A stretch of 64,000 nucleotides of DNA, from assembly GCF_009914755.1 (NCBI RefSeq), contig NC_060930.1. The stretch is one strand, 5' to 3'. The number at the start of each line of letters is the position of its first letter. Position 1 is the first letter of the stretch. This DNA is from the human T2T-CHM13v2.0 reference genome, Homo sapiens. A program made the translations under genes and the position numbers. Shown here in pieces: positions 45,403 to 60,849 of this stretch. The notes beneath the pieces were generated by a model. The model was given only the letters and a program-made list of their open reading frames with translations, was not told the origin of the DNA and did not search any database.

Positions 45403-45600
45403 TTATTTTTTACTCTTGATAACATTTCTTTTCTTAATACTGCGCTTTTCTGACAGGCTTAAAAAATGGCGCACCAGGAGATTGTATCCCGCACCTGGCT
45501 CGGAGGGTCCTACGCCCATGGAGTCTCGCTGATTGCTAGCACAGCAGTCTGAGATCAAACTGCAAGGCAGCAGCGAGGCTGGGGGAGAGGCGCCTGCCAT
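45403..45600 (-). CDS. L1 antisense ORF0 homologue with C-terminus read from flanking DNA (65 aa; expression unknown)
   Basis: MAGASPPASLLPCSLISDCCASNQRDSMGVGPSEPGAGY...SEKRSI matches primate L1 ORF0; the last ~10 aa lie outside the element. Confidence 0.5.
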   Translation of the reverse strand: MAGASPPASLLPCSLISDCCASNQRDSMGVGPSEPGAGYNLLVRHFLSLSEKRSIKKRNVIKSKK

Positions 45601-46183
45601 TGCCCAGGCCTGCTTAGGTAAACAAAGCAGCCAGGAAGCTCAAACTGGGTGGAGCCCACCACAGCTCAAGGAGGCCTGCCTGCCTCTGTAGGCTCCACCT
45701 CTGGGGGCAGGGCACAGACAAACAAAAAGACAGCAGTAACCTCTGCAGACTTAAACGTCCCTGTCTGACAGCTTTGAAGACAGCAGTGGTTCTCCCAGCA
45801 CGCAGCTGGAGATCTGAGAACCGGCAGACTGCCTCCTCAAGTGGGTCTCTGACCCCTGACCCCTGAGCAGCCTAACTGGGAGGCACCCCCAAGTAGGGGC
45901 AGACTGACACCTCACACGGCCGGGTACTCCTCTGAGACAAAACTTCCAGAGGAACGATCAGACAGCAGCATTCGCAGTTCACGAAAATCCCCTGTTCTGC
46001 AGACACCACTGCTGATACCCAGGGAAACAGGGTCTGGAGTGGACCTCTAGCAAACTCCAACAGACCTGCAGCTGAGGGTCCTGACTGTTAGTAGGAAAAC
46101 TAACAAACAGAAAGGACATCCACACCAAAAACCCATCTGTACATCACCATCATCAAAGATCAAAAGTAGATAAAACCACAAAG

Positions 46184-47199
46184 ATGGGGGAAACACAGAG
46201 CAGAAAAACTGGAAACTATAAAAAGCAGAGTGCCTCTCCTCCTCCAAAGGAACACAGTTCCTCACCAGCAACGGAACAAAGCTGGACGGAGAATGACTTT
46301 GACGAGTTGAGAGAACAAGGCTTCAGACAATCAAAATACTCCTAGCTGCAGGAGGAAATTCAAACCAAAGGCAAAGAAGTTAAACACTTTGAAAAAAATT
46401 TAGACGAATATATAACTAGAATAACCAATACAGAGAAGTGCTTAAAGGAGCTGATGGAGCTGAAAGCCAAGGCTCGAGAACTACATGAAGAATGCAGAAG
46501 CCTCAGGAGCCGATGCGATCAACTGGAAGAAAGGGTATCAGTGATGGAAGACGAAATGAATGAAATGAAGCGAGAAGGGAAGTTTAGAGAAAAAAGAATA
46601 AAAAGAAATGAACAAAGCCTCCAAGAAATATGGGACTATGTGAAAAGACCAAATCTACATCTGATTGGTGTACCTGAAAGTGATGGGGAGAATGGAACCA
46701 AGTTGGAAAACACTCTGCAGTATATTATCCAGGAGAACTTCCCCAATCTAGCAAGGCAGGCCAAGATTCAGATTCAGGAAATACAAAGAACACCACAAAG
46801 ATACTCCTTGAGAAGAGCAACTCCAAGACACATAATTGTCAGATTCACCGAAGTTGAAATGAAGGAAAAAATGTTAAGGGCAGCCAGAGAGAAAGGTCGG
46901 GTTACCCACAAAGGGAAGCCCATCAGACTAACAGCGGATCTCTCAGCAGAAACTCTACAAGCCAGAAGAGAGTGGGGACCAATATTCAACATTCTTAAAG
47001 AAAAAATTTTCAACCCAGAATTTCATATCCAGCCAAACTAAGCTTCATAAGTGAAAGAGAAATAAAATACTTTACAGACAAGCAAATGCTGAGAGATTTT
47101 GTCACCACCAGGCCTGCCCTAAAAGAGCTCCTGAAGGAAGCACTAAATATGGAAAGGAACAACTGGTACCAGCCGCTGCAAAATCATGCCAAAATATAA
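46184..47199 (+). pseudogene. L1 ORF1p (RNA-binding protein), disrupted
   Basis: ATG 46184; GAG>TAG nonsense at 46343-46345 (codon 54); track ORF 46454-47041 has EIWDYVKRPNL, TPRHIIVRF, REKG, ARREW; frameshift near 47000. Confidence 0.95.
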
Positions 47200-47262
47200 A
47201 GACCATTGAGACTAGGAAGAAACTGCATCAACTAACGAGCAAAATAACCAGCTAACATCATA

Positions 47263-51080
<3,818 letters not shown>

Positions 51081-51349
51081 ACAATGAGAACACATGGACA
51101 CAGGAAGGGGAACATCACACACTGGGGCCTGTTGTGGGGTGGAGGGAGGGGGGAGGGATAGCATTAGGAGATATACCTAATGCTAAATGACAAGTTAATG
51201 GGTGCAGCTCACCAGCATGGCACATGTATACACATGTAACTAACCTGCACATTGTGCGCATGTACCATAAAACTTAAAGTATAATAATAAAATTTAAACA
51301 AATTGAAAAAATTATTGTTTTAGGGAAATAAGATTATCTAACAATTAAA

Positions 51350-51745
51350 ATAATTTTGAGATGATGGTAATATTATTTTATGCCTTGATAAGACTTTGGG
51401 TTACACAGTGTAGACATTTCTACAAATCCATAGTTTAGTATACTTAAGATTTGTTTATTTCATTAAAAGTAAATTTACATAAAAAATATTGATCTGTAGT
51501 TAATGATATTGCTTAGTGTTGAACAGTTGAGCATGCTGTTTAGCATTGAAATGTACTGACATTTGCAATATTCTTTGAGATGTAAATAATAATAATATGA
51601 ATGGATGTGTGGATATGTGAGAAATTGCAAATCTCAAAATGTTTATTGTAGGATCTAGATGTTGGGCATGATGGTGTTCACACCACAATACTTCCAAACT
51701 CTTTTGTGTTTGAAAATGTTTCATAATAATATGTCAGGCAAAAAA
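51350..51745 (+). mobile_element. Old L1MC4/L1ME-like 3' end
   Basis: tacttaagatttgt.tatttca, gaaatgtactgacatttgcaat, aaaatgtttattgtaggatctag, tgtgtttgaaaatgtttcataataa. Confidence 0.75.
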
Positions 51746-51799
51746 TGACAAGTTAGACATGAAGAGTTTTTCCATTATGCTGGTATTCTCTACTACCAA

Positions 51800-52480
51800 C
51801 TACCCAGATCAATTTTCTGCCCTCCCGTGCCCTGCTTTATGCTCCAGGAGGCTTGTGCCTGTGGCTACATCTTTCAGTATCCCTTGTACTCTGACTTCTT
51901 TTAAGAATCATACAGAAGTGGACAGAGAAAGGAATCTGGAGGATGGAGGGAGAAAACAAAGCTTTTTCTTTTTTCCTCTCTCATTATCCCTGTTGCACTT
52001 TCAGTGAGTGGCTGATGTTTTCATAATTCCATGCTTTCATTCTCTTTGGTAATTTATGTCTAGGGATAGTAACAGTTATAAATGTTACAAGTCTCTGTAT
52101 GTCAACATACACATTGTTATATGTTACCTCCAAATTTTCCTACATCTCTATAAGTAGCCCTTCCTTAAAATAACACATAAATACGAATTGTGAATTGTGT
52201 GGTTCACCTTTTCTGCCAGTACCCTGATTGAGAAAGTCGATGGTATTAGAAATCATTCCAGAAAAGCCAACTTGTAGATGGGATTTTGAGATTGGATTTT
52301 TCCATATTTGATGACACATAAATGACCTTTTTGGTTGTGAGATCACGACATGGACAATCCACACATCCATCACCCCTGATGATAGGTGCTGGTAGACCAG
52401 CAAGTGTCAAGTTGGAGAGCAAATCGCTGTAGCTCTCCATCACTGGGGCAAACATGGAAATTACAGAAGTTGGTACTATG
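51800..52480 (+). mobile_element. LTR33-like ERVL LTR followed by an ERV3-16A3/HERV16-like internal stub
   Basis: gccctgctttatgctccaggaggct, taagtagcccttccttaaa, ctgccagtaccctgattga; then tggtattagaaatcattccagaaaa..atgggattttgagattgg. Confidence 0.6.
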
Positions 52481-52483
52481 ATT

Positions 52484-52889
52484 TGGATATGGTTTGTTTG
52501 GTCCCACTGAGTCTCATGTTGAAGTCTGATCCTCACTATTAGAGGTAGGCCCTGGTGAAATCACAGGGGCTGATCTCTCATGAACGGCTTAGTGGCATTT
52601 TTGAGGGAGTGGTGAACTCTCATTCTTAGTTCCTGGGATAACTGGCTATTGAAAAGAGCCTGGCACTTCCTCCATTGTGTCTCTCTTGCTTCCTCTCTTG
52701 CCATGTGATCTGCATCTGCACACATCTGCCTTCCTTAGCCGCCTTCTATGAGTGGAAACTGCTTGAGGCCCTATCAAAAGTCAAGCAGATGCAGGCTCCA
52801 TGTTTTTTGTACAGCTGTGAGCCACATTAACCTTTATAAATCACCCAATCTCAGGTATTCCTTTATGGCAACACAAGCCAACAAAGACA
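52484..52889 (+). mobile_element. MSTB-like MaLR solo LTR
   Basis: gatatggtttgttt, tctcatgttgaa, aaaagagcctggcac, ctcttgccatgtgat, ttataaatcacccaatctcaggtattcctttatggcaacac. Confidence 0.88.
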
Positions 52890-52961
52890 GCTGGTGTTCT
52901 GGCTCTGTTGACTGAACTGGAGAGCTTACGAAAAAAAAAAAAAAAAGAACAAAAACAATAC

Positions 52962-53373
52962 TGACTAAATGTTCATAGCTGCTATTTTCTTACCCTAGGC
53001 ATTGTCTTAACCAAATTTTAGGCTTCTCTCCTTCCTACAGGTCCCTGAACTCTGTTTTCTCCCAAGCCTGAGCAAACACTAAAAAAGTGAAAATTTGTCC
53101 CCTTTATCGGTTTTTCTCTGAAAATCAGCTTGACACAGTGAAATTCTAATCCTATCATACCTCGTCGTTTTCTCTTGCTTGTCCAGCTTTCTCTGGAAAT
53201 ATCTGAAATATTCTGTTTATTTCTAATTATCCTTCCTTTACCCTATAAAAGAAGAAATTCTTATTCTGTTTGATTTTGAGAGGCTTGAAGACTTCTGAGA
53301 ATGGAGGAGTTTTCTTATTCCAATAGTCTTTCTTCTGAATAAACCTACTTCCTGGATCTATTTTTATTTGACA
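52962..53373 (+). mobile_element. 5' LTR of an ancient ERV1 provirus (MER92/MER110-like; family uncertain)
   Basis: TG..CA ends (tgac...tttgaca), TATAAAA 53244-53250, AATAAA 53338-53343, followed by a PBS-like sequence. Confidence 0.78.
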
Positions 53374-53378
53374 GTTTC

Positions 53379-53396
53379 TGGTGTCTTGACTCATTT
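53379..53396 (+). promoter_or_regulatory. Degenerate primer-binding site, closest to tRNA-His
   Basis: tggtgtcttgactcattt vs His PBS TGGTGCCGTGACTCGGAT (13/18), 5 nt after the LTR end. Confidence 0.55.
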
Positions 53397-54049
53397 GGAA
53401 TGCTGATGACTTCCTAGCCCTTGCTGTCTTCACCCAAGTATTTATGCCAGCTACTCAGGCCATTTTTGTTCTTCCTGGCCTGGGAAATAGGGACTCACGG
53501 TGATGAGTAACAACTCTTAATCCAGTGCTCCGGACATGTTTGCCTGAAGTTACATGACAGGAAGTTGCTTTAATTCTATTAAATGGTGTTCTTCACAGTC
53601 CTTTAAAGTCTGATCAGGATGTTTCCTGGTTTTTTACTGTTTGAGCAGAACATTTTATGGGTCTTTTACATGGATTGAGAATCTTCCTATATAGAAGTAT
53701 TTTTGGCTTTTTTGTTTGAGTGGGGTTTTACTTTCTCACTCTTTTTGTTGAGTAGAATTCTCCCTGAATTTTTCTAGTACACAGAGAATATGTCTGAGTT
53801 TTCTTATCTCTTTTCAAGTGGAGATTTACTCCTTGACTCTCAAGTGGGAAATTCTGACTCTTTGGTGAAGGCTTTATTGTTTTCTGGACTCCTTGTCCAG
53901 GGATTGCCTAGAGCAAGTTCTTAGGCTCTTTAAGAACTATGGTGCAAGAAACCCTTTTGGATTTTAGATAGGCACTGTGCATGGAATGACTTTTTCCTGC
54001 TGTCTTTTTTCTCTACTTGATCTTGCTCCTCTTATAGATAACTCTCAAT

Positions 54050-55450
54050 CAACTGGGCACTCTTCTTCCATCACTCCAGGTGCCTAGAGGTTTCATCACT
54101 ATGGCATTAATTCTGTCCAACATCTTCAAAATGGCAAAAATCTTATTAAGAGTAATTTAGAATTACAGTGGGCACTTTGAGGCTTTGGGATCTCCCCAGG
54201 TTAGTTTATCTTTGAAGAGCTTTTGAATCTCAGGGGTCTAAAATTTATTGTAAACAATGATCTTTTTTTCTTGTTTTAAAGAAGCCAAAATGTGGTTTTT
54301 CCAATCAAATCTCAAGCAGCACCTTCAACAATCTCAATATTCCTTATTACAAACTATTTAGTCACTTAAAAACACCAGTCTTCCTCCAATGCTACTCCTG
54401 GTTTCCCCCCCAAATCTAAGATACACTTTCCCTGGACACTTGGCTTTCCTTTTCCTCCTGTTCTTCCAAATGTATTTCTGTCCCCCAACCCCATCTTGTT
54501 CTGACCCATCTTGTGTTTACCCTCTACTCTATTATCCCATCCAGACCCCATCAGTTTCTCAATTTCCTATGGTAGCCTGTGACCTCCATCCTGTTTCTCC
54601 AGTATTAGGACTCTGAGGATAAGTAGCTATTGGATTCCACTTAGCCTCTCCTCAACAGATTACTTTAAAACTTTTGCGTAGATATCATTTCTATGCTATA
54701 ACGATTTTCAAACCCACATAAAAATAGAAAAAATTTCTACACAATTTAGGTTGGTCTTAGGGCTTATTCTTTGAGATTCCCAGATCTCTACCAATTTATT
54801 CAACTCCTTCTAGAATCTAGAGATGTCTCTTTATGTTTCAAAAAAGCCAATTGGGTTAGAGTTAATAACAATTTATGAATAAATCAGAGTATCACTAAGA
54901 CCTATAACTGAGGTAAAGAAATTAGAAAAAAAAGTTCTTACACTCCACACTGATGGCTTTCCCATCTAAAATTGATGGGTAAAAGATTCAAAAGTCTGAA
55001 CGACAAAGAAATGAATCAAGGTCTAATTACATATAGCACCTAGAAAATGTCTGAAGAAATTATTCATGTCAAACTCTAGATGACTGCATGACATCTGCTT
55101 TGGTTATCACCTTTGTTAATGGACTTGGTTCAGGACTGGAAGAGGCTATTAAAAACATCACATTCATTGGCAAAATATGCCTGTTTTGAAACTAATGCTT
55201 TAGCACAAGACCATTAGGATGTACAGGTTGGTGATGCTAAGTTTACACATTGTAAGTTTATAACTCAGACTTAAATGACTTGAGGAAAACCATCCTAAAA
55301 CCTTCAGGCAATCTTCCAACAAAAATTTTAGTAGATAGAGATACCTGTAGATATCGAAGAGAAAAGAGTATTGTGCTAAAATATGCCCCATCGGAGCAGG
55401 AAAAAAAAAAAACATAAACAAACAAACACCAGCCCACATCAGAGTCTCAG
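54050..55450 (+). pseudogene. ERV gag remnant
   Basis: ttagaattacagtgggcactttga = LELQWAL* (gamma-like matrix LxWP motif); Pro-rich C/T tract 54380-54600; frames destroyed. Confidence 0.6.
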
Positions 55451-55632
55451 TGACTGTACCATAAGGAATCTGCTTATGTTTGCCCTCAAATACACTCAAA
55501 TACCCTCAGGAAAATAATAATCGCAAATAATGACCACCTCACCACTTTCTGGTAAAAACCAGCAACTCTTACTCCCTTAACACCTCACAATTCCCCAACT
55601 ATAATCCCTCAGAGAACACAATCCTTTGTGTA

Positions 55633-55765
55633 CTAAAATTGATGGGTAAAAGATTCAAAAGCCTCAACAACAAAGAAATGAATCAAAGTCTAATTACATA
55701 TAGCACCTTTAAAAATGTCTGAAGAAATTATTCAAGTCTAACTCCAGATGACTGCATGACATCTG
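55633..55765 (+). repeat. 133-bp direct copy of 54966-55097, flanked by 15-bp direct repeats
   Basis: ctaaaattgatgggtaaaagattc...gatgactgcatgacatctg occurs twice; flanks aatcctttgtgtact / aatcccttgtgtact. Confidence 0.95.
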
Positions 55766-56629
55766 GAATCCCTTGTGTACTCTGTCGGATTACAGTGGAG
55801 AATTGTGAGATATTAAGCTTTTTATTAAAATCCACAACCTTCGTTAATCTATTAACCATAGACCTTTCTAATTAAAATATTAATATTTAATGTTCACCTG
55901 TGGGACTAACCCTTGAAGTTGCAGACCCTTACTCTATCTTTGCTTTTTGACTATTCTAATAGATTACCTCAGCTTTCTTGCCCCTCTCACAGCTCTCCAA
56001 GCCTGTGAAAAACTTTACATTATAGACATACTCCATCCCAATCCTGACTCAGCTTGAGCTATAAGAACTATAGAGGTAGGATATATCTGGGAAGCCGAGT
56101 TTTTGATCCCCCTAAGCCCCTTCCTAAACTACCTCAGTATTCTTTAAAACATGATGCATTTGAAGGCTTCATACCTATTATTGAAGGACCCCCTGCAGGG
56201 GGGCTCCTTATTTCCACTTCCAGTCCCTGCCACACACCTATTTAACTATTAAAAGACCCAATAAAAAGTTACTAATTAGTCCAAAATTTGTGTGCTACAA
56301 ATAAAATTTTAAAACCTGGGTTGCTTCTCATCCTAAACTCCGATACTCCCCTCATTTCTGTATCTTACAATGCTATTTATTTTACTATTGTTGACTTATT
56401 CTCTGTTTTTTAATCAGCGTATCCATTGATCCTAACTCCCAATGTCAGTTTAAATTACATGGACAAATTAACATTATGCTTGAGCATCCATACCCCAGAG
56501 ATTTGTCGATGCTTTTGCTTATTTTTCATGAACATTAAATGTAAATCTGAAGATTTTCATCTGGCCTTGCAATTCAACCCTCATCCAATATATAAATGAC
56601 CTCCTTCTTTGTTTTATGACGTTATACAA

Positions 56630-57041
56630 CTCTTTTTTCAGAGACTAGAATTGCAACCCCTGCCTTTTTTTGTTTTCCATTTGCTTGGTAGATCTTCCTC
56701 CATCCCTTTATTTTGAGCCTATGTGTGTCTCTGCACATGAGATGGGTCTCCTGAGTACAGCACACTGATGGGTCTTGACTCTTTATCCAATTTGCCAGTC
56801 TGTGTCTTTTAATTGGAGCATTTAGCCCATTTACATTTAAGGTTAATACTGTTATGTGTGAATTTGATCCTGTCATTATGATGTCAGCTGGTTATTTTGC
56901 TTGTTAGTTGATGCAGTTTCTTCCTAGCATTGATGGTCTTTACAATTTGGCATGTTTTTGCAGTGGCTGGTACCGGTTGTTCCTTTCCATGTTTAGTGCT
57001 TCCTTCAGGAGCTCTTGTAGAGCAGGCCTGGTGGTGACAAA
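56630..57041 (-). mobile_element. Inverted 5' segment of an L1PA5-like insertion (ORF1 end, spacer, ORF2 start)
   Basis: Minus-strand ORF MTGSNSHITVLTLNVNGLNAPIKRHRL...KKAGVAILVS. Confidence 0.95.
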
Positions 57042-57631
57042 CATTGTGGAAAATAGTATGGCGATTCCTCAAGGATCTAGAACTAGAAATACCATTTGAC
57101 CCAGCCATCCCATTACTGGGTATATACCCAAAGGATTATAAATCATGCTGCTATAAAGACACATACACACGTATGTTTATTGGGGCACTATTCACAATAG
57201 CAAAGACTTGGAACCAACCCAAATGTCCATCAATGATAGACTGGATTAAGAAAATGTGGCACATATACATCATGGAATACTATGCAGCCATAAAAAAGGA
57301 TGAGTTCATGTCCTTTGTAGGGACATGGATGAAGCTGGAAACCATCATTCTTAGCAAACTATCACAAGAACAAAAAACCAAACACCGCATGTTCTCACTC
57401 ATAGGTGGGAATTGAACAATGAGAACACATGGACACAGGAAGGGGAACATCACACACTGGGGCCTGTTGTAGGGTGGGGGGAGGGGGGAGGGATAGCATT
57501 AGAAGATATACCTAAAGTAAATGACGAGTTAATGGGTGCAGCACACCAACATGGCATATGTATACATATGTAACAAACCTGCACGTTGTGCACATGTACC
57601 CTAGAACTTAAAGTATAGTAATAAAAAAAAA
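57042..57631 (+). mobile_element. L1PA5-like 3' end with A tail
   Basis: [25 protein letters not shown]...MFSLIGGN; 3'UTR gtaacaaacctgcacgttgtgcacatgtaccctagaacttaaag. Confidence 0.95.
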
Positions 57632-58411
57632 TACATCTAGATTGGAAAGGAAGAAGTAATATAATTTCTATTCACATGTGACATGATCTTGTATATAGAC
57701 AATTCTGAGAAATCCACTGAAAAACTATTAGAACTAATAAAAGAGTAAAGCAAACTTGCAGGATACAAGATTAATATAGAAAAATCAATTGCATTTTTAC
57801 ACATTTCCAATGAATGATTAGAAAATGAAATTGAGAGCAATTTCATTTACAATAGCATCAAAAAATCAAAATACTTATAAATTTAATCAAGGAGGTACAA
57901 ATCTTTTAATCTGAAAACTACAAAATGTTGAAATGAATTTTTTAAAGATAGAAATAAATTGAAAATAATAGATGGAAAACTATCTCACATTTATAGGCTA
58001 ATATTATAGTTTCACGTTGTTAAAATGGCAATATTTCTAAAATTAATCTACCATGTAATTCCTATTGGAATCCCAGTTAGCTTTTTTGTAAAACTTGTCA
58101 AGCTAATTCTAAAATTCATATGGAATTGTAGGGCAGTCAGAATAGCCAAAATAATCTTGAAAATGAATAATAAATTTGGAGGGTTCACATATTCCAACTC
58201 TTTGAAAACTTACACTGCAGACAAACAGCAATCAAAACAGTGTAGTCCTAGTAGAATGAGGGACTCATAGATCAATGAAATAGAATTAAAAGTTCAGAAA
58301 TGAAGCCATGTGTCTATGTTCAGCTAACTTTGACGAGGGTACAAGATCATTCAATGGGGAAAGACTAGTCTTTTCAATAAATGACGCCAGGAAACTGGAT
58401 AGCCAAAAAAA

Positions 58412-58454
<43 letters not shown>

Positions 58455-58455
58455 A
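57632..58455 (+). mobile_element. Old L1M (MB/MC-like) mid-ORF2 fragment ending in an A7(TAAA)n tail
   Basis: agattggaaaggaagaagt, ttgcaggatacaagattaatat, ttctaaaattcatatggaa; AATAAA 58376-58381; tail 58405-58455. Confidence 0.88.
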
Positions 58456-59602
58456 GTTCAGTTTTGTATCCCCAAGTGAACTATTTAACTCATATTTTCC
58501 CGATGGGAAAACCTTATCCCCAGATTGTTCAAGACCATTCTTAATGACCTCCTACATAAATCCATGAGACAGTTTGGAGGGATTCTGGAACTGTTTGGCT
58601 ATTGTAGAGTATGAATATCTAATTTCTTTACTATAGTATCCCCTTTCTAGGGCATAACTAAAGAAATTATGTCTGAATCCCTAAAATGGAACTCACTTTC
58701 TATAACAGCATTTGAATTTCTAAAAAAAATGCCTTTCCTCCATCCCCATTTTAGGGCTTCCTAACTATCCCTTCCTTTTCTTTCTATTTGTTTAGGAAAG
58801 AGAGCACATCTTGAGGGCCCTTGCATAAAAACACAATGAAAACCACAAGGTCCTTCTGATATCTCAGTCTTACTATAGATCCTGTGGCACAGGCTTTTCA
58901 TCCTTGCTTTTAAACAACAGTGGCCACTGCAAAATTAGTTCAAGCAATGACCGCCCTTCGATGAAGCCAGAGTCTAAACATTTATATACCTCAAGCAGTC
59001 CAGACCCTTCTACCTGAAAACACTCAAAACTTCACAGCTCCTCAGTTTACTTTTCATGAAATTCTTCTACACCCTTCTAATTTCACTATACATCATTGTT
59101 AACTGAGAGTACCACTCTCCTCCCTCTCTCAACTGATAGACAACTACATGACTATATTATGGCCATTCAAGACTCAATATTCTAGACTGAATATCTCTTG
59201 CCCAGACTTTCGCAGATCCCACTTGCAAATCCAGAACTTACCCTCTGTTGAGGGTTCGTATCTGAGCAGCTCAGAAGGAAATTTTTAGGCATGATTTGCC
59301 ATTATACATTTTCAAACAGCCAACATCATATTATAAGTGTCTAGCTCAGATTGTTGAACATGTGGCACTCACAAGAATCTGCTCTTTAGCTAAAGACGAC
59401 ATAGCATCTATTCAGACAGTAGATATGCTTTGGGAATAGCACATAATTTTGGTATGTTATGGAAAACAAAATGATTTATGACACCATTGGGGACACCAAT
59501 TAAAAATGAAAAACAGGTGTAACGCCTCTTAGAAGCTTTCTTATTGCCAAATGAGATGGCCATACTTAAAATAGAAACTCATGTTCTCCAAAAAACCTTT
59601 GA

Positions 59603-59661
59603 AGCAAAAACAAACAAGAAAACAAAACAAAAACAAAAACAAAAACAAAAAAACAAAAAAA
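59603..59661. repeat. (AAAAC)n simple repeat within ERV pol
   Basis: aaaaacaaacaagaaaacaaaacaaaaacaaaaacaaaaac. Confidence 0.9.
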
Positions 59662-60849
59662 ACCATCTGGGTTGATAAATATGCTAAACTGACAGCTGTT
59701 TCATAAAGCTCTCACCGCTATCAGAAGATATTTTAAATCTACTCTACTTAACCACCCGATGCTGTAATGGAGGAACTTACAATCTCCCAGTTCAAAGCCC
59801 CTGAACATAAAAAGACCAAAGGGAAACAAATTGGATGTATTGTCTACCAGGGAGTATTTTGGAGACACCCACAAGACTGCTTTGTCCCTACTCAGTCCCA
59901 AATCTGGATGCAGTCTTACCTTCATAAAAATATTCACAATGAAAGAGAGAAACTAAATCAACTGCTCACCGATATTAATGGAGAAACTTCACTGCCTATC
60001 TGAAAGAAGTGTGTCTTCTGGCCCATTCTGTCAAAAACACAGCCCCGGTAAAGTTGCAAAGGTAGCGCCAGGAAAATAACTACCTTCAGCAGGACCTTTT
60101 TTTCACTGACAGATCTATTTCATTCAGCTCCGTAAATCTCACGAATAGGAATATGTTCTTACCACCATATGCATGTTCTCTTTCTGGCTTTTGCCTTTCC
60201 CTTGTAAAGAGGTAACTGCAACTGCTAAACTTGGGTTACAATGAGTATTACCCACATGGAGAGCTCTACTGGCTCTTTAAGTGACTATAAGAAATAGGTT
60301 CATTTCACTGGTAAAGTCATCCAAGAAATCCCTTGAGTTCTTTTTTTATTCAAAATTACATTTCTTCCATTATCCCCACTCACCTGGAGTAATAGAGAGA
60401 GCTAATGAACTATTAAAATTAAAGCTTGCTAAATTAATGGAAAAATTTTATCTCCCATGGCCTGGGATTTTATTCTTAGTCCTAATTCCCCTCTGTCTCT
60501 TCTGGGTCACACAAAGAGTGCTCATCTAAAATAATAACTATCTGGCCTATGCAAATTCTCTATTCTATCTGGGTTCTCAAAGATTCTATCCTGATTTTTC
60601 AAACATTCTAAAATAATGAGAAATTAGTTAATTTTATTCAAACTTATCATCAACAGGCCAAGGCTGCCTTTCCTCCAGTTCTTCCATCAAAACCACTCTA
60701 TAACCTAGAAATTGGAGAAACAGTTCTCTGGAGGTGACATCACTGGAATATTAATCTTGAATCTTGTTAGAAGAGCCCTTACAATCTCCTCTTACCACCA
60801 ACACTTTATAATTTCTCCATTCTTGCAAGGACTGCAGAATTCCCAGAGT

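Larger units (their letters stand above)
55500..60810 (+). pseudogene. ERV pro-pol remnant (RT, RNase H, integrase), split by L1 insertions at ~56630-58455
   Basis: LPKLPQYSL..SSPCHTPI, LVQNL, FTIVDL, LIQYINDLLLC (YVDD-type, 56589-56600); RNase H IYSDSRYALGIAHNFGMLWK; integrase CQKHSPGK, FIQL, GVIERANELLKLKLAKL, LPWP. Confidence 0.9.

Noticed and set aside
51124-51158. G-quadruplex-like G-run cluster (also 57459-57492)
   Set aside because: Standard L1 3'UTR feature present in very many copies
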